A stretch of DNA of 64,000 nucleotides from Antedon mediterranea (lineage: Eukaryota; Animalia; Echinodermata). Every line of letters starts with the position of its first letter. Position 1 is the stretch's first letter. The position numbers were made by a program, and so were the translations under genes. The stretch spans positions 10,354,001 to 10,418,000 of the forward strand of contig NC_092672.1 in the NCBI RefSeq assembly GCF_964355755.1, written 5' to 3'. The notes under the pieces are model-generated. The model saw only the letters and a program-made list of their open reading frames with translations, had not been told where the DNA came from and did no database searches. Of the stretch, positions 50,301 through 62,938 are shown in pieces.

Positions 50301-50845
50301 GATGTTTTTAAAAGTTCCAAAGTATATTTACCATAAAAAAAAGCACGAATGCTCTGACGGTTTGTCAGCTGTACACCACCAAAGTGAAGGTACATATAAT
50401 ATATGCGAGTCTGAAGCAAACCCCTTTCCCCCTTACAATACACACCGGCAAAGTTCCAACTTTCTGTACCGCGATGAATAAAATAAAAATTCCTCGCGTA
50501 AATCAACTAAAGCGATTGCTTTTTAAAACATCTCCTTTTCCGAAGTAAATAATCCTCAAATATGTAGATTTTTCAGTAGTTTATGTATTTTTTTCTTTGA
50601 AGATACAATTCACGCTTTTATTATAAACTTGTCCTGCTGCTTATTAATATTAGGCTGAAACTATCAATTGTGGTGACGTGTGTGTGCGAACTCGTTCTCG
50701 CTTCTGTTTGGATTTAAGTACAGTTCTACAATATCCACTGCGCAATGCATCATGGGATCTCGTAAAAGGGAATTTATAACCGGTTTAGGCAGTAAAAGAA
50801 CAACTCGGATTCCAGTAGAATACCTCCCGGAAGGCCCTATCGTTT

Positions 50846-52370
50846 GCTTTGATGCGCCAATCAATTTACTTAAAAGTACAATATCTGAGATAATAAGTTT
50901 TTTATTGAGCGAGGTTTAATATTCTTAAGCGGACTTATTTTCTGAATCCAGCACACAAAGCATCTGATAACTACTACATTGTCTACTGATACATAAAAGA
51001 TTACAAATTGATCGTGAATTGGTGTCTGTTCTATGCCGTGTCTTCTTTCATGATTCGGCGACTTAAAAGGGATTATGATTGTTCACGCTAAACAATACTT
51101 CGCCCAGGTAACATACCTTACGATGGTATCATTAAACCATAAGTCACTTACGAGCCACGCCTTTTGATTGGATTAAGCCTATAATAGTAATTGTTCTGTG
51201 AGCTTAAAAGGATTCTATTCGTAGGACAAAAGTATCAGACAATGTCCGAAGAAAAATAGCGGTTTAATTGTCAGTTGATAACCTGCTTTACGTCCATCTA
51301 ACGATCGAAGGTCCTAAAAGAATAAAAGAAACGGGATCGATGTCAGAAAATCAATTAAAGTGTTACAGCTATTCAACAAATCGGAAATGGATTAAAAACA
51401 TTAAAACATGTGAAAAGGCGCATGAAGAATTAATTAAATAATACAACTGGGACATCGGCGTTTGGGTATCAAAGGGCCATTGAATTGAACAATTTAATGA
51501 AAACAGTTCTAGGCTACTTATTATTCGCGTAAAACTATTGTTTTATAGGTTGTTGACTTATGACCTTATACCTACTAGGCCGTATCTATTATTTAAATAT
51601 TATTTAAAACAGTAAAAAAAATAATAAATGAATAATTAATGAAATTCATTTCGTTAATAAAATCACAAAAAATGATGATGATGATGATGGTTGGTACCCA
51701 ATCAAATTAAATGGTGCTTATTTTGATTATGTAATAACGGTTTTTTCTCGTAAAGCGTATACTTGGTTCCCACAGAACGCAACGCGTAAAGCGTATACTT
51801 GGTTCCCACAGAACGCAACGCGTAAATCCTGTCTATTGTATAAAGACCTAATATTGCTTGGGATCTAATGAGCGACCAAGTTTATAGGCCTACTTTTAAA
51901 TTTGTTATTTTAAATATTTATTTTGTTTGTTTTTTTTTTTAATTTTTTTGGTTGATTAAATATTAGGAAACAAAGTACTGATATTAATTCTAAATAGTTA
52001 CACAACATTAAGCTGACATTTTCACAGATTACCATAACCAATCCAAACGAAAGGATATCAGACCGATAGATGTAGGGCTATGGATAATAGTCTATTAATA
52101 GTTATATCGTTATAAATAACAATATACTTATTTCGAAAGTCATGTTGGTTAAGAAAATATTTTTCGTTTACGCCATAACACTTCAATAATACAAAAAGCA
52201 AAACACAGTTGAAATTAAATTGATTCCAAGTCATCCGTATAAATCACTTAATTAATTTATTGAAACGCATTTACAACTTTTCAATCGTAAAAGAAGTGAA
52301 AATTCCGTTTCTTCTTCACCTCATTTGAAAAGATTTGATATTTTATATATAATTAACGGCGCCTTTGATG
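50846..52370. promoter_or_regulatory. Candidate Wnt4 upstream regulatory region with TCF/LEF consensus sites
   Basis: GCTTTGATG 50846-50854 next to a CCAAT box, ATCAAAGGG 51468-51476, GCCTTTGATG 52361-52370. Confidence 0.35.
51749..51826. repeat. 36-bp tandem duplication of a MITE-A end fragment
   Basis: cgtaaagcgtatacttggttcccacagaacgcaacg x2. Confidence 0.85.
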
Positions 52371-52507
52371 TTCGTTGACCACAAAATTCGGGTATTTCAC
52401 ACATAAGCTATTCTGTATAGTATTGAACGATAAAAACAGACATGTGTGCAAACAAGTGTATGTATAAGTAGGCTTAACCTTTTGGGTTTTTTCTGGCTCT
52501 ATCTAAT

Positions 52508-52659
52508 GCTTGGTCCCCACTAGAGACGCAAGGACGTAGACGCAACTCAAACGAGTTGACCAATGCGAGCGACAGTTCAAATAATCCATCGCTTGTGATT
52601 AGTCAAATCACTTACATTGCGTTACATCCTTGTGTTGCGTCTTTAGTGGGAACCGAGCA
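52508..52659. mobile_element. MITE family A copy
   Basis: gcttggtccccactag...tagtgggaaccgagc. Confidence 0.7.
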
Positions 52660-53240
52660 TAAAGCTTGTTCCCACTTGGACGAAGCGTGAGTGAGTGAAC
52701 TTGAAAGTTTACTTGGTAGAAAAGAGACACTGGTGGAAACTGGTGGCCTGGAGATTTTGAGAATATTTTCCATGGCTTGGTGCAAACAGAAAATTTTACT
52801 GCTTTGTGACGAGTGTAGCTATGATGCGCATTGAAAAACAACTTTCATTCTACCAGCGTACGTACACTTTCTGTATAAAACCCAAAACAATACTAAACAC
52901 ATGCCTATTGATCGAAAAGTTCAAACACGTTTTAGAGGCCCACGGTTTGCTTGTTTCACTGTGTAGCACATTGACGTTTTTTGGTAAATCAAAATAGCAA
53001 AACATCACGTAAATTCAGCAGCAGGGTTAAACGTCATGTATAGCAGAATCTTATTCATTTTAAGCCTTTAATGCATTATATATTGACCAACGAAAATGTT
53101 TCACCAGCGCACCGGAATTATGGGTAATTAAGTTGGTAAATTCAAGCTATTAGAAGAGGAAACATTTAGGCGCCCCTAAACCGCTCGACCAGTCAATAAA
53201 ATCAATTATAGAAGATAGTAATTATTATGTATAAAATAAT

Positions 53241-53395
53241 GTCTACACTTTAAAACAAACAAAATGTGATGTGACAATAATTATGGACATAATGATGTCA
53301 TATCACTACCAAAATTGTGGGCAAATCACTAACATATTTAGGCACATCACACTTTTTTGTCAAGCTAGTTTTTTGTACAGTTTAATAGACAGAGT
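53241..53395. mobile_element. MITE family B copy (degenerate)
   Basis: gtctacact...gatgtcatatcactacca...gtcaagctagttt...agacagag. Confidence 0.6.
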
Positions 53396-54511
53396 TTTAT
53401 AAAATGTATTTGTTACACGCATAATATAAACTACTTTAAATATACGAACCTGACTATATTCGAGGGTAGGCCTACTATGTTTTGGAGGAATATGGATAAT
53501 AGTTTCTGTCCAAAAAAAAAAGATAATAGTAAATAAGCAAATAGAATAAAGAAAAGAAAGTTCATCTTGAAATAAAAAAAACAAGATTATAATACTGCTT
53601 AGGCCTATATCAATTAAAAATCAATTCAATTACTCCAACATGGTTTTTAAAAAAGTTTTAGAAACATTGCAAAACAGAGGGCGCGTTTCAATTTTCTTAT
53701 TTAGATTCAACCATTAAACTCAACACGGCTCACTTTTATATCTCTATATTTAAGCAATTTGAAAAGAACATGGCCTATAATATTTCTCCAAAATGTATGC
53801 GTTTCTTCAACAAAGTTTGGTTACTTTTATTATCGATTAAAGTTTAACACAAGGTTCATCACATCGATTAAATAAAACTTGCGGCAACAAAACATGTAAT
53901 TGAAACAGAGGGCGTATGATACATTTTCGTATGTCTGTAGAGACGATAAGTAAAGCACGTTTGTAATAAATTCGAAAACAACAACAATAAGAAAAGTTAA
54001 AGTAAGTGAACTAAAAGTAGTATGGAAATTACTCCATTGTATAATATCAATTTACATTAGTTTCAATGCAATCGTTTAGCATTAATTGTATAAAGATCTG
54101 TAATTTTACAGACTTATTTTTAAATACTTTTCTCAAGATCTCTAAAATATAGAACTAAATCAAATGTAACAGATTAAACAATACCATATACCTATAGTTA
54201 TGACAAGGGTTTTTTTTCTATTTAATTGTTTCACTAATCATTTGCATTAACGGTTAAGGGAATCAAATTAAAATAGAACAAGAGTCAACTATATATTAAA
54301 CTTATGCTATATCTTATGAGATACAAACACGAAGCTACGTGCAGAATTAGTTTTAAATAAACCAACATTCCATACAATTAGTATAATTTAAATTTTCTAA
54401 CAAAATAATTGATGTTCTTGCATTTCTGCTATATACTCCGTTTTGATAACACATTTTGGTTACACATAAAGGTATGGATTTTAGCAGTCTGCGGTACATC
54501 TTCTGACTACA

Positions 54512-54756
54512 CCTAGACTCGTATACCGATGACTGCCAATGGTCAGTTAAGGTATACCTAGAGACAGCTACAAGGATCGGATAATTGGTCATATATTAAT
54601 GGAATGGATTTTAGCTGTATCGGGTATGTTGGAGATGCTGACAGTTATTGTATCGATACGCGTCACGTATGTGTATTGTACTATACCTAGACTCGTAGAA
54701 GATGACTGTCAATGGTCAGTTAAGGTATATCTAGAGACGGCTACAGAATTGGATAA
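54512..54756. repeat. Diverged ~70-bp direct repeat, copies ~174 bp apart
   Basis: cctagactcgta...gatgactg.caatggtcagttaaggtata.ctagagac.gctaca at 54512 and 54686. Confidence 0.8.
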
Positions 54757-57700
54757 ACGATTAATTTGAGTGGGTTTTTTGAATAAATATAAACATTGGT
54801 ATCATATTATTCCCCATTGTTTGTGGAAGTGATAAGCACCTACTGTTTAACGCATAAACACCGTTATTATTATCTTTTAAGTAAACATATCTTGATGACT
54901 CTATTATTTAAAACAAACACTTATACTATCAGGGTGTTTTCTGATATTGTTTCATGATGAAATAATTTTAATTATGCAAATAGCATGTGACTAGACCTAA
55001 TTCCAGAAGATCCACGAACTAATGTTTGAGGGTAAACATTAGACCTGTTGAATAGTTTATGTTGTTGTTGAGAAATAATTACAAAATAATCTGTTGTCTC
55101 CTGGGATTCCACAGGCAACTCGCCATGCATTCATTCTTTTTCCAAAAGTACGCCAAGTCCCTTCAGGGGGTTCGCAGGGTTCGAAATAACCCGCTTTTCT
55201 TGAAGTGCCCATTTCAAACAGAGACCATCAGTGAAAGTGCTAGTATAGGCCTAACTAATGGCTATTTTGTGAAATCCTTATGGCTAGCCAGCAGATAAAT
55301 CACTGTCATCTACTAGACTATTGGCTTACGCTGGTACTTGCTCCTGTTTGAGGAAAAAGGTGTATTGTAAAAATCCTGACTACCGATGTGTAGGCCTAAT
55401 GATGGACAATTGAGATCTCTTTCGATACGCAGAGTTTAATTGGATGCTTTTGTTCATTTCATTATTTATTTGGTCCTTTTTAGTATTTACACAACAAAAC
55501 AACATGGAATTTGGTAAGACCAGTGTAAACCTAAGTGAACTAAAATCACTAGCTGATCCGGAGTCACCCAAACACTATTTCAGTTTGTACCTTAAAACAT
55601 CACAACATAATGTAAAATGAAATGTTACAGTGAGTCCAAATAAATAAACTTCGCGGAAATAAATTTGCCTAGTGGAAAACAGTGAAACGTAAATCATGGA
55701 GGAATAATGTTGTACAGTACCTCCATGTATCAACAACATATAAAATAGACTTGTTATACGATACCATAATGTATTCACTGATAAGAAATTCACAAATAAT
55801 AATAATCTGAAATAAAACCACTAAAAACTAAAATAAATTCATCATAGAAATGGTATGCCGTGATTCTTCCCGATACTATTGTACTGTATAATTATCATGA
55901 CCATAATGAAAATGTGACGAGGATCGGAGCCTCCTATTTGGCTGTATACCCGTCAATGCAGTTAGAATTTGTTCAATGTATGGAATAGGACAAAGTAAAC
56001 TTGCAATTTTTACTGTAATCGTATTAAGTTTGGTACATTTACGTCACAGAAGCATGATAATTGCACCTCTAAAGGAAAATGTGAGTTTTTAATTGTATTA
56101 CGTTTATGAATTGTATTGATAATTAAGATAAGTAGGCCTTATATTAGCAGTAACACTAACAGTGGGTATAAATTACGGTAGTACAAAGTATTAGGCCTAC
56201 TGTACTGAATTTGCCATCCGACAACCTGTCTCGATCAACATGTTTCTTGTGTTTTATCTATTACCCCGTGCCATATTCTATACTCTACTTCAATAGTACT
56301 CACCTGTGTTATTTTTAGTACGGTATTCTCCTCCTGTCATATCGGTCCACATTCGCAATCAGGTAGCAAGACAACCGATGGTTTTACGTACTCTTTTCAT
56401 TCGTCCATCTTACTACTACTTTCACCAATTCTATTTCTGGAACAAAATTTCCTTCTCCACAGATTGATAGCCCACAATCGGATCTGCCAATCCAAATTAA
56501 CTTGATGACATTTTGATAAGGTGTGTTTGCTACTTGTCATAAGTGGTCTTTTAATTGATAACCTTAACTAAGTTATGTGTAATTTTGCTGCCTCTGGGTC
56601 GGGTACGTGTTGGCCACGATATAGTTTGTCACTTTGATAAAGTATAGGCCTATAATACTCGTCATCATGTCTATCTTGGTGCGTCTCTATTACAACTGGA
56701 TCTAACAAACAACACTTACATGATTATTTCTTTATCGATTTGTACCATCATATTTTCTTGGTTTAATATTGTATTCTACTTTTTATTATTAAGTTTCATG
56801 TTATGGTTCGGAAGTATTGGGGAGCAGCGTGGTAGGTAGGCTTGTTCGTAATCGGCAAGGTAGACCTACTCCGTCTACTCACATATCATCATTTCATAAT
56901 TAGGCCTATTGCTACTGTGCCTAGAAATTGGAAACATATACAATGAAATTAAAACAATTGTAAACAATGTTGTTGGCCTCTGTGTCAGGATGTCTCGTCT
57001 CATTTATTTTCATTCATTTATTCATAGTCAAACACAGTAAAATATGTACATGGTTTAAATTTTTTTTTTTTGTTCAAAGTTAACAATTCACATACAAATA
57101 CAAAATCAGTTAAAAAGGTTACATTTTTGTAAAATACAAATAAAACACTTCATTTAAAATACAGATAAAATACATAGTTTAAAATACAAAATACAAGCAA
57201 GATTGGTGTGTGTAAGGGTATAGCATAAAATGATCAACATCCATAAAATGTCTCACATCCTAAACTCTAAAAAAATTGGGATGACCTTACCAAACCGTAT
57301 GCATTTTACGCATATGGGTCCGCATGTTTCCTTCAAATTAACAATCTCTTCGTCGGGGGTGGTGTGCTTGTGAAATGTCGTATGTTCGACAAATAGGAAA
57401 CCTTTTATAACTCAAGTCAAAGAATGTGACGATAGTCTCATCAACTTTTAATTATTATGTTTTAATAATTATTTTTATAATTATATATTAATTAACTATT
57501 TCACTTTATAATTATTATGTACTTTTGATATTAATTAATTTTTACATGATTGGCTTGATATCTCGTGGTAAAAGAATTGGAAGTTAGTGCTTGATAGGCA
57601 AGCCTTTTCTCTCCTTCCTTTTCTTATCCATATTTCACTCTATGATATTGATGTTTTTATGCTTTTTACTATATTTTTTTATGGGTGAATAAATGAAACT

Positions 57701-57800
57701 TTAATATGAATTATTAAATAACGGAATTACGTGTGTATTGCTTACAATGTACCGTAAATCTTCTAATTGTAACCATGGAGTATTATTCTTTGAGTATAGA

Positions 57801-60279
57801 TTACTATTAGAAGGGGGGGGGGGGGTTACTATTAGAAGGGGGGGGGGGGTTACTATTAGAAGGGGGGGGGGGTTACTATTAGAAGGGGGGGGTTACTATT
57901 AGAAGGGGGGGGGGGGTTACTATTAGAAGGGGGGTTACTATTAGAAGGGGGGGTTACTATTAGAAGGGGGGGGGGGTTACTATTAGAAGGGGGGGGGGGG
58001 TTACTATTAGAAGGGGGGGGGGGTTACTATTAGAAGGGGGGGGGGGTACTATTAGAAGGGGGGGGGTTACTATTAGAAGGGGGGGGTTACTATTAGAAGG
58101 GGGGGGGGGTTACTATTAGAAGGGGGGGGTTACTATTAGAAGGGGGGGGTTACTATTAGAAGGGGGGGGGTTACTATTAGAAGGGGGGGTTACTATTAGA
58201 AGGGGGGTTACTATTAGAAGGGGGGAGGGGGTTACTATTAGAAGGGGGGGGGTTACTATTAGAAGGGGGGGTTACTATTAGAAGGGGGGGGGGGTTACTA
58301 TTAGAAGGGGGGGGGTTACTATTAGAAAGGGGGGGTTACTATTAGAAGGGGGGTTACTATTAGAAGGGGGGGTTACTATTAGAAGGGGGGGGTTACTATT
58401 AGAAGGGGGGTTACTATTAGAAGGGGGGGGGTTACTATTAGAAGGGGGGGGGGTACTATTAGAAGGGGGGTTACTATTAGAAGGGGGGGTTACTATTAGA
58501 AAGGGGGGGGGGGTTACTATTAGAAGGGGGGGGGTACTATTAGAAGGGGGGGGGTACTATTAGAAGGGGGGGGGGGGGGTTACTATTAGAAGGGGGGAGG
58601 TTACTATTAGAAGGGGGGGGGGGGTTACTATTAGAAGGGGGTTACTATTAGAAGGGGGGGTTACTATTAGAAGGGGGGGTTACTATTAGAAGGGGGGTTA
58701 CTATTAGAAGGGGGGGGTTACTATTAGAAGGGGGGGGGGTACTATTAGAAGGGGGGGGTTACTATTAGAAGGGGGGGTTACTATTAGAAAGGGGGGGGGT
58801 TACTATTAGAAGGGGGGTTACTATTAGAAGGGGGGTTACTATTAGAAGGGGGGTTACTATTAGAAGGGGGGGGGTTACTATTAGAAGGGGGGGGGGGTTA
58901 CTATTAGAAGGGGGGGGGTTACTATTAGAAGGGGGGTTACTATTAGAAGGGGGGGTTACTATTAGAAGGGGGGTTACTATTAGAAGGGGGGTTACTATTA
59001 GAAGGGGGTTACTATTAGAAGGGGGGGGGGGTTACTATTAGAAGGGGGGTTACTATTAGAAGGGGGGGGGGGGTTACTATTAGAAGGGGGGGTACTATTA
59101 GAAGGGGGGGGTTACTATTAGAAGGGGGGGTTACTATTAGAAGGGGGGGGGGGTTACTATTAGAAGGGGGGGTTACTATTAGAAGGGGGGGGGTTACTAT
59201 TAGAAGGGGGGGGGGGTTACTATTAGAAGGGGGGGGTTACTATTAGAAGGGGGGTTACTATTAGAAGGGGGTTACTATTAGAAGGGGGGGGTTACTATTA
59301 GAAGGGGGGGTTACTATTAGAAGGGGGAGGGGTTACTATTAGAAGGGGGGGTTACTATTAGAAGGGGGGGGTTACTATTAGAAGGGGGGGGGGTACTATT
59401 AGAAGGGGGGGGGGGTTACTATTAGAAGGGGGGGTTACTATTAGAAAGGGGGGGGTTACTATTAGAAGGGGGGTTACTATTAGAAGGGGGGGGTTACTAT
59501 TAGAAGGGGGGTTACTATTAGAATGGGGGGGGGGTTACTATTAGAAGGGGGGTTACTATTAGAAGGGGGAGGGGGGTTACTATTAGAAGGGGGGGGGGTA
59601 ACTATTAGAAGGGGGGGTTACTATTAGAAGGGGGGGGTTACTATTAGAAGGGGGGTTACTATTAGAAGGGGGGTTACTATTAGAAGGGGGGGGGGGGTTA
59701 CTATTAGAAGGGGGGTTACTATTAGAAGGGGGGGGGGTTACTATTAGAAGGGGGGTACTATTAGAAGGGGGGGGGTTACTATTAGAAGGGGGGGTTACTA
59801 TTAGAAGGGGGGGGTTACTATTAGAAGGGGGGGTTACTATTAGAAGGGGGGGGGTTACTATTAGAAGGGGGGGGGGTTACTATTAGAAGGGGGGTTACTA
59901 TTAGAAGGGGGGGTTACTATTAGAAGGGGGGTTACTATTAGAAGGGGGGGGGTTACTATTAGAAGGGGGGGTTACTATTAGAAGGGGGAGGGGTTACTAT
60001 TAGAAGGGGGGGGTTACTATTAGAAGGGGGGGGGTTACTATTAGAAGGGGGGTTACTATTAGAAGGGGGGGTTACTATTAGAAGGGGGGGTTACTATTAG
60101 AAGGGGGGGTTACTATTAGAAGGGGGGGTTACTATTAGAAGGGGGGAGGGTTACTATTAGAAGGGGGGGGGTTACTATTAGAAGGGGGGGTTACTATTAG
60201 AAGGGGGGGGGGTTACTATTAGAAGGGGGGGTTACTATTAGAAGGGGGGGGTTACTATTAGAAGGGGGTTACTATTAGA
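57801..60279 (+). repeat. 2.5-kb G-rich minisatellite [TTACTATTAGAA(G)n], roughly 120 units
   Basis: A nearly invariant 12-mer separated by G runs of variable length (about 5 to 13). Confidence 0.97.
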
Positions 60280-61140
60280 GTAGTGGGTTGCTATTACTAA
60301 TCTTAAATTAGGCACCTAAAAATAGTAGGCCTAACCCACTCCAACTTTTCCGGTCAGCTACTCTCATAGCAAAATAATAAAACAGTACGAATAAACAAAT
60401 TTGGTTGAACTCTAACTTTATTTTATAAACTCAAAAACACTCAATCCTCCCCACTTCCGAGATTAGCATGCATTAATTATCTCCTTTTTTTTCAAAATAC
60501 GGCTGCATCATAAATCACCAGTCTTCATAATGTCATTTTTGTCAATAGTTTTTGTGTTTGTGACTCTAATAGTATTCCCCTTAGAATAGTGGGTTATTTT
60601 TATAGATTGACTTGTAAGGTGTGTTACTATTAGAAGGGGGTTTACTATTAGAGTGTGGGTTACTATTAGAAGATTTACGGTATATCTTCGCATTTCCGTT
60701 ATATAAAAGAAAGTTATAGTGGGAGATTTTGCCAGTTCGGACTCATTTACCTGGTTAAGTTGGTTTCATGGGATTATTATCACTATAGAACTTTGGTGCG
60801 TAGGAACCACTGCACGTCACTAAAAAACTATTTCCTGATCCGACTGTTTTTGTGGTATACCCCCTCTATTAATAATGTACTAAAACAATACGAAATCCCT
60901 CTCAAAGTAATGGTTGATTCCGTTATCTTCTTTCGATCGTCGCTCTGTGTACTGTGTGTGTGAAAAGAAACCTCAACACTGCACACACACCACCATCACA
61001 ACAACAACCAGCGCCAAGAAAGTACAAAGTAAACATACCTATTTTATCAGATACAAACTTGCAAATGTTTAATCATAATTTTGCTGTGGAATACCCTCGG
61101 ATCCATGACTTGATTATAGTTAAGCAGGATTCTATTAAAC

Positions 61141-61234
61141 ATGACGGATAAGGTTAAGGTTATATACTTTACTGTGGATGGGAAACCAGAGCAGGCAGAG
61201 TTTCGTTCCGACTTCCCTGCAGATGATGTGAAAG
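61141..61234 (+). CDS. First coding exon of a PDE9A-like cGMP phosphodiesterase (3'-partial)
   Basis: aaacATG with an upstream in-frame TAG (61117-61119); MTDKVKVIYFTVDGKPEQAEFRSDFPADDVK then AG|gtacgt donor. Resembles the PDE9 N-terminus (IYLDIDGRIQKVIF...DIMDLF) from recall; only 31 aa are visible. Confidence 0.65.
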
Positions 61235-62626
61235 GTACGTGGTTAGGCCTACTAAATTACCTAATCTCTGGCTCTGCTACCATTGCCTTGGCCTACTTTT
61301 TAAGTCAAGGGTAGCAACAAACAAAAGCATTAATGACTGACTACAAATCATGATGTATGTACAGTTTAGGCCTAGCTAGCTAGGCTAGTAGGTTTGTTTA
61401 CCACCTCCATATAATGATGTTGGATGATGGGATCTTTGAGGCCCTACTTAATTAAAAGGCCTAAAGGCTAGGCTAGGCCTACACAGTCACATGTCCACTA
61501 CTACTGGGTAGGCCTATGGTTGGTTGGTTACTGGCGGTTTCATTTTGTAGGCTAGGCCTAACTAGGTCCTCTGGTGGGGTTCTCCTACGTAGCTCTGCCT
61601 TTTCGAGTTAGTAAGCCCACGCGTAGTTAGTGTTTTCAGTTTCTCCATTGAGAAGGTCTTATTTAGTAGTTGATAGTTTATTAGCCTAATTTGAATAGGC
61701 CATTTTTATGTTTTAAATAATAAAGTTATCCACTTATAATTCTATACTGTAGAAAAAACAAACAAAAATAATTATTTCACTTATAAAATACAAATAAATG
61801 GTTTAATAAACCAAAAACCATTGTCTGACAGACAATTAGAATTTGTTCAGCTAATAATATTTGTTGTGGTCAATTTCAACAACTACATTATGACATTGAA
61901 ATGGCATAATTAAACCCAAAATTGGTTTTTTTTCAGAGGAAACAATACACTTTAAGATGTAACCATGGTATTATGAATTATTGTTGATCTTTTTCAAGTA
62001 CTGTTGTAAGAACTCTATTTGATTGCAATCTGAAGTGTCATTTTACCAAACATACTTTGCTATTGTTTAGATTATAAAGTGTGTAAACTTCTTTAGGAAT
62101 CTGAGAGCATCTTATTACAATAGAGTCAATGATAATTAATCCATAACTGATGATATGTGATATTGAGTACCAATAAAAATAAAATCTACTGTTTACTAAT
62201 ATTTATATAGTGTTTCAGCTTCTATTAAAAAACACCCCAACATCCATTTCATTGGTTTCAACAACTACACAATTTTGCTAAGGGTCTATGTAGTATTTCT
62301 GCCAACAGCGCCGAATATTTCTATCACGTATACCGCTGAATAAAGTAATGGTGGAAGACGTCTCCACATATGCTTAACTTTTGTCTGGCATCCCTCTTGA
62401 ATGCCGCAACTCCATGTCGTAAGTTTGCTTCAGTCATCCTGATAAATTTAAGGATTTTTTAAAAAGCACTGAGTACTGGAATAATATGCAAATACCTATA
62501 AACCTCATCATACCTTTATAAGTGAAATACTCTGTACTGTACAGTATGTCCAAGTCTACTGTATGTCTGTTACACTTGGGTTTCATGAATACTCAGGACA
62601 TAGTGTTTACCAATTTTGATTTCAGT

Positions 62627-62938
62627 AAAATTTGATACAAAACTACTATTCTATACTGTGGTTGGCAGTTTCGTTGATTTCCAACCTTTATTCTATAATG
62701 TGGTATTAGGCATTTCAGTTGATTTCTGACCATTCAAATGCACTTTTGACTATAAAATAAAATTTGATACAGGACTACTATTCTATGCTGTGGTACTGTA
62801 GGCATTTTCGTTTATTTCTGACCATTCAAATGCACATTTTATTAAATGAGATTTTATACAGAACTACTGTACTAGCTGTATTCCTTGCTGTAGGCATTTT
62901 CGTTGATTTCTGATCATTCAAATGCACTTTCGACTATG
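62627..62938. repeat. Diverged tandem repeat, about three units
   Basis: aaatttgataca..actactattcta and aggcattt..gttgatttctgaccattcaaatgcac each recur three times. Confidence 0.75.

Noticed and set aside
57801-60279. Interstitial telomere
   Set aside because: The unit is not (TTAGGG)n and only contains the GGGTTA submotif.
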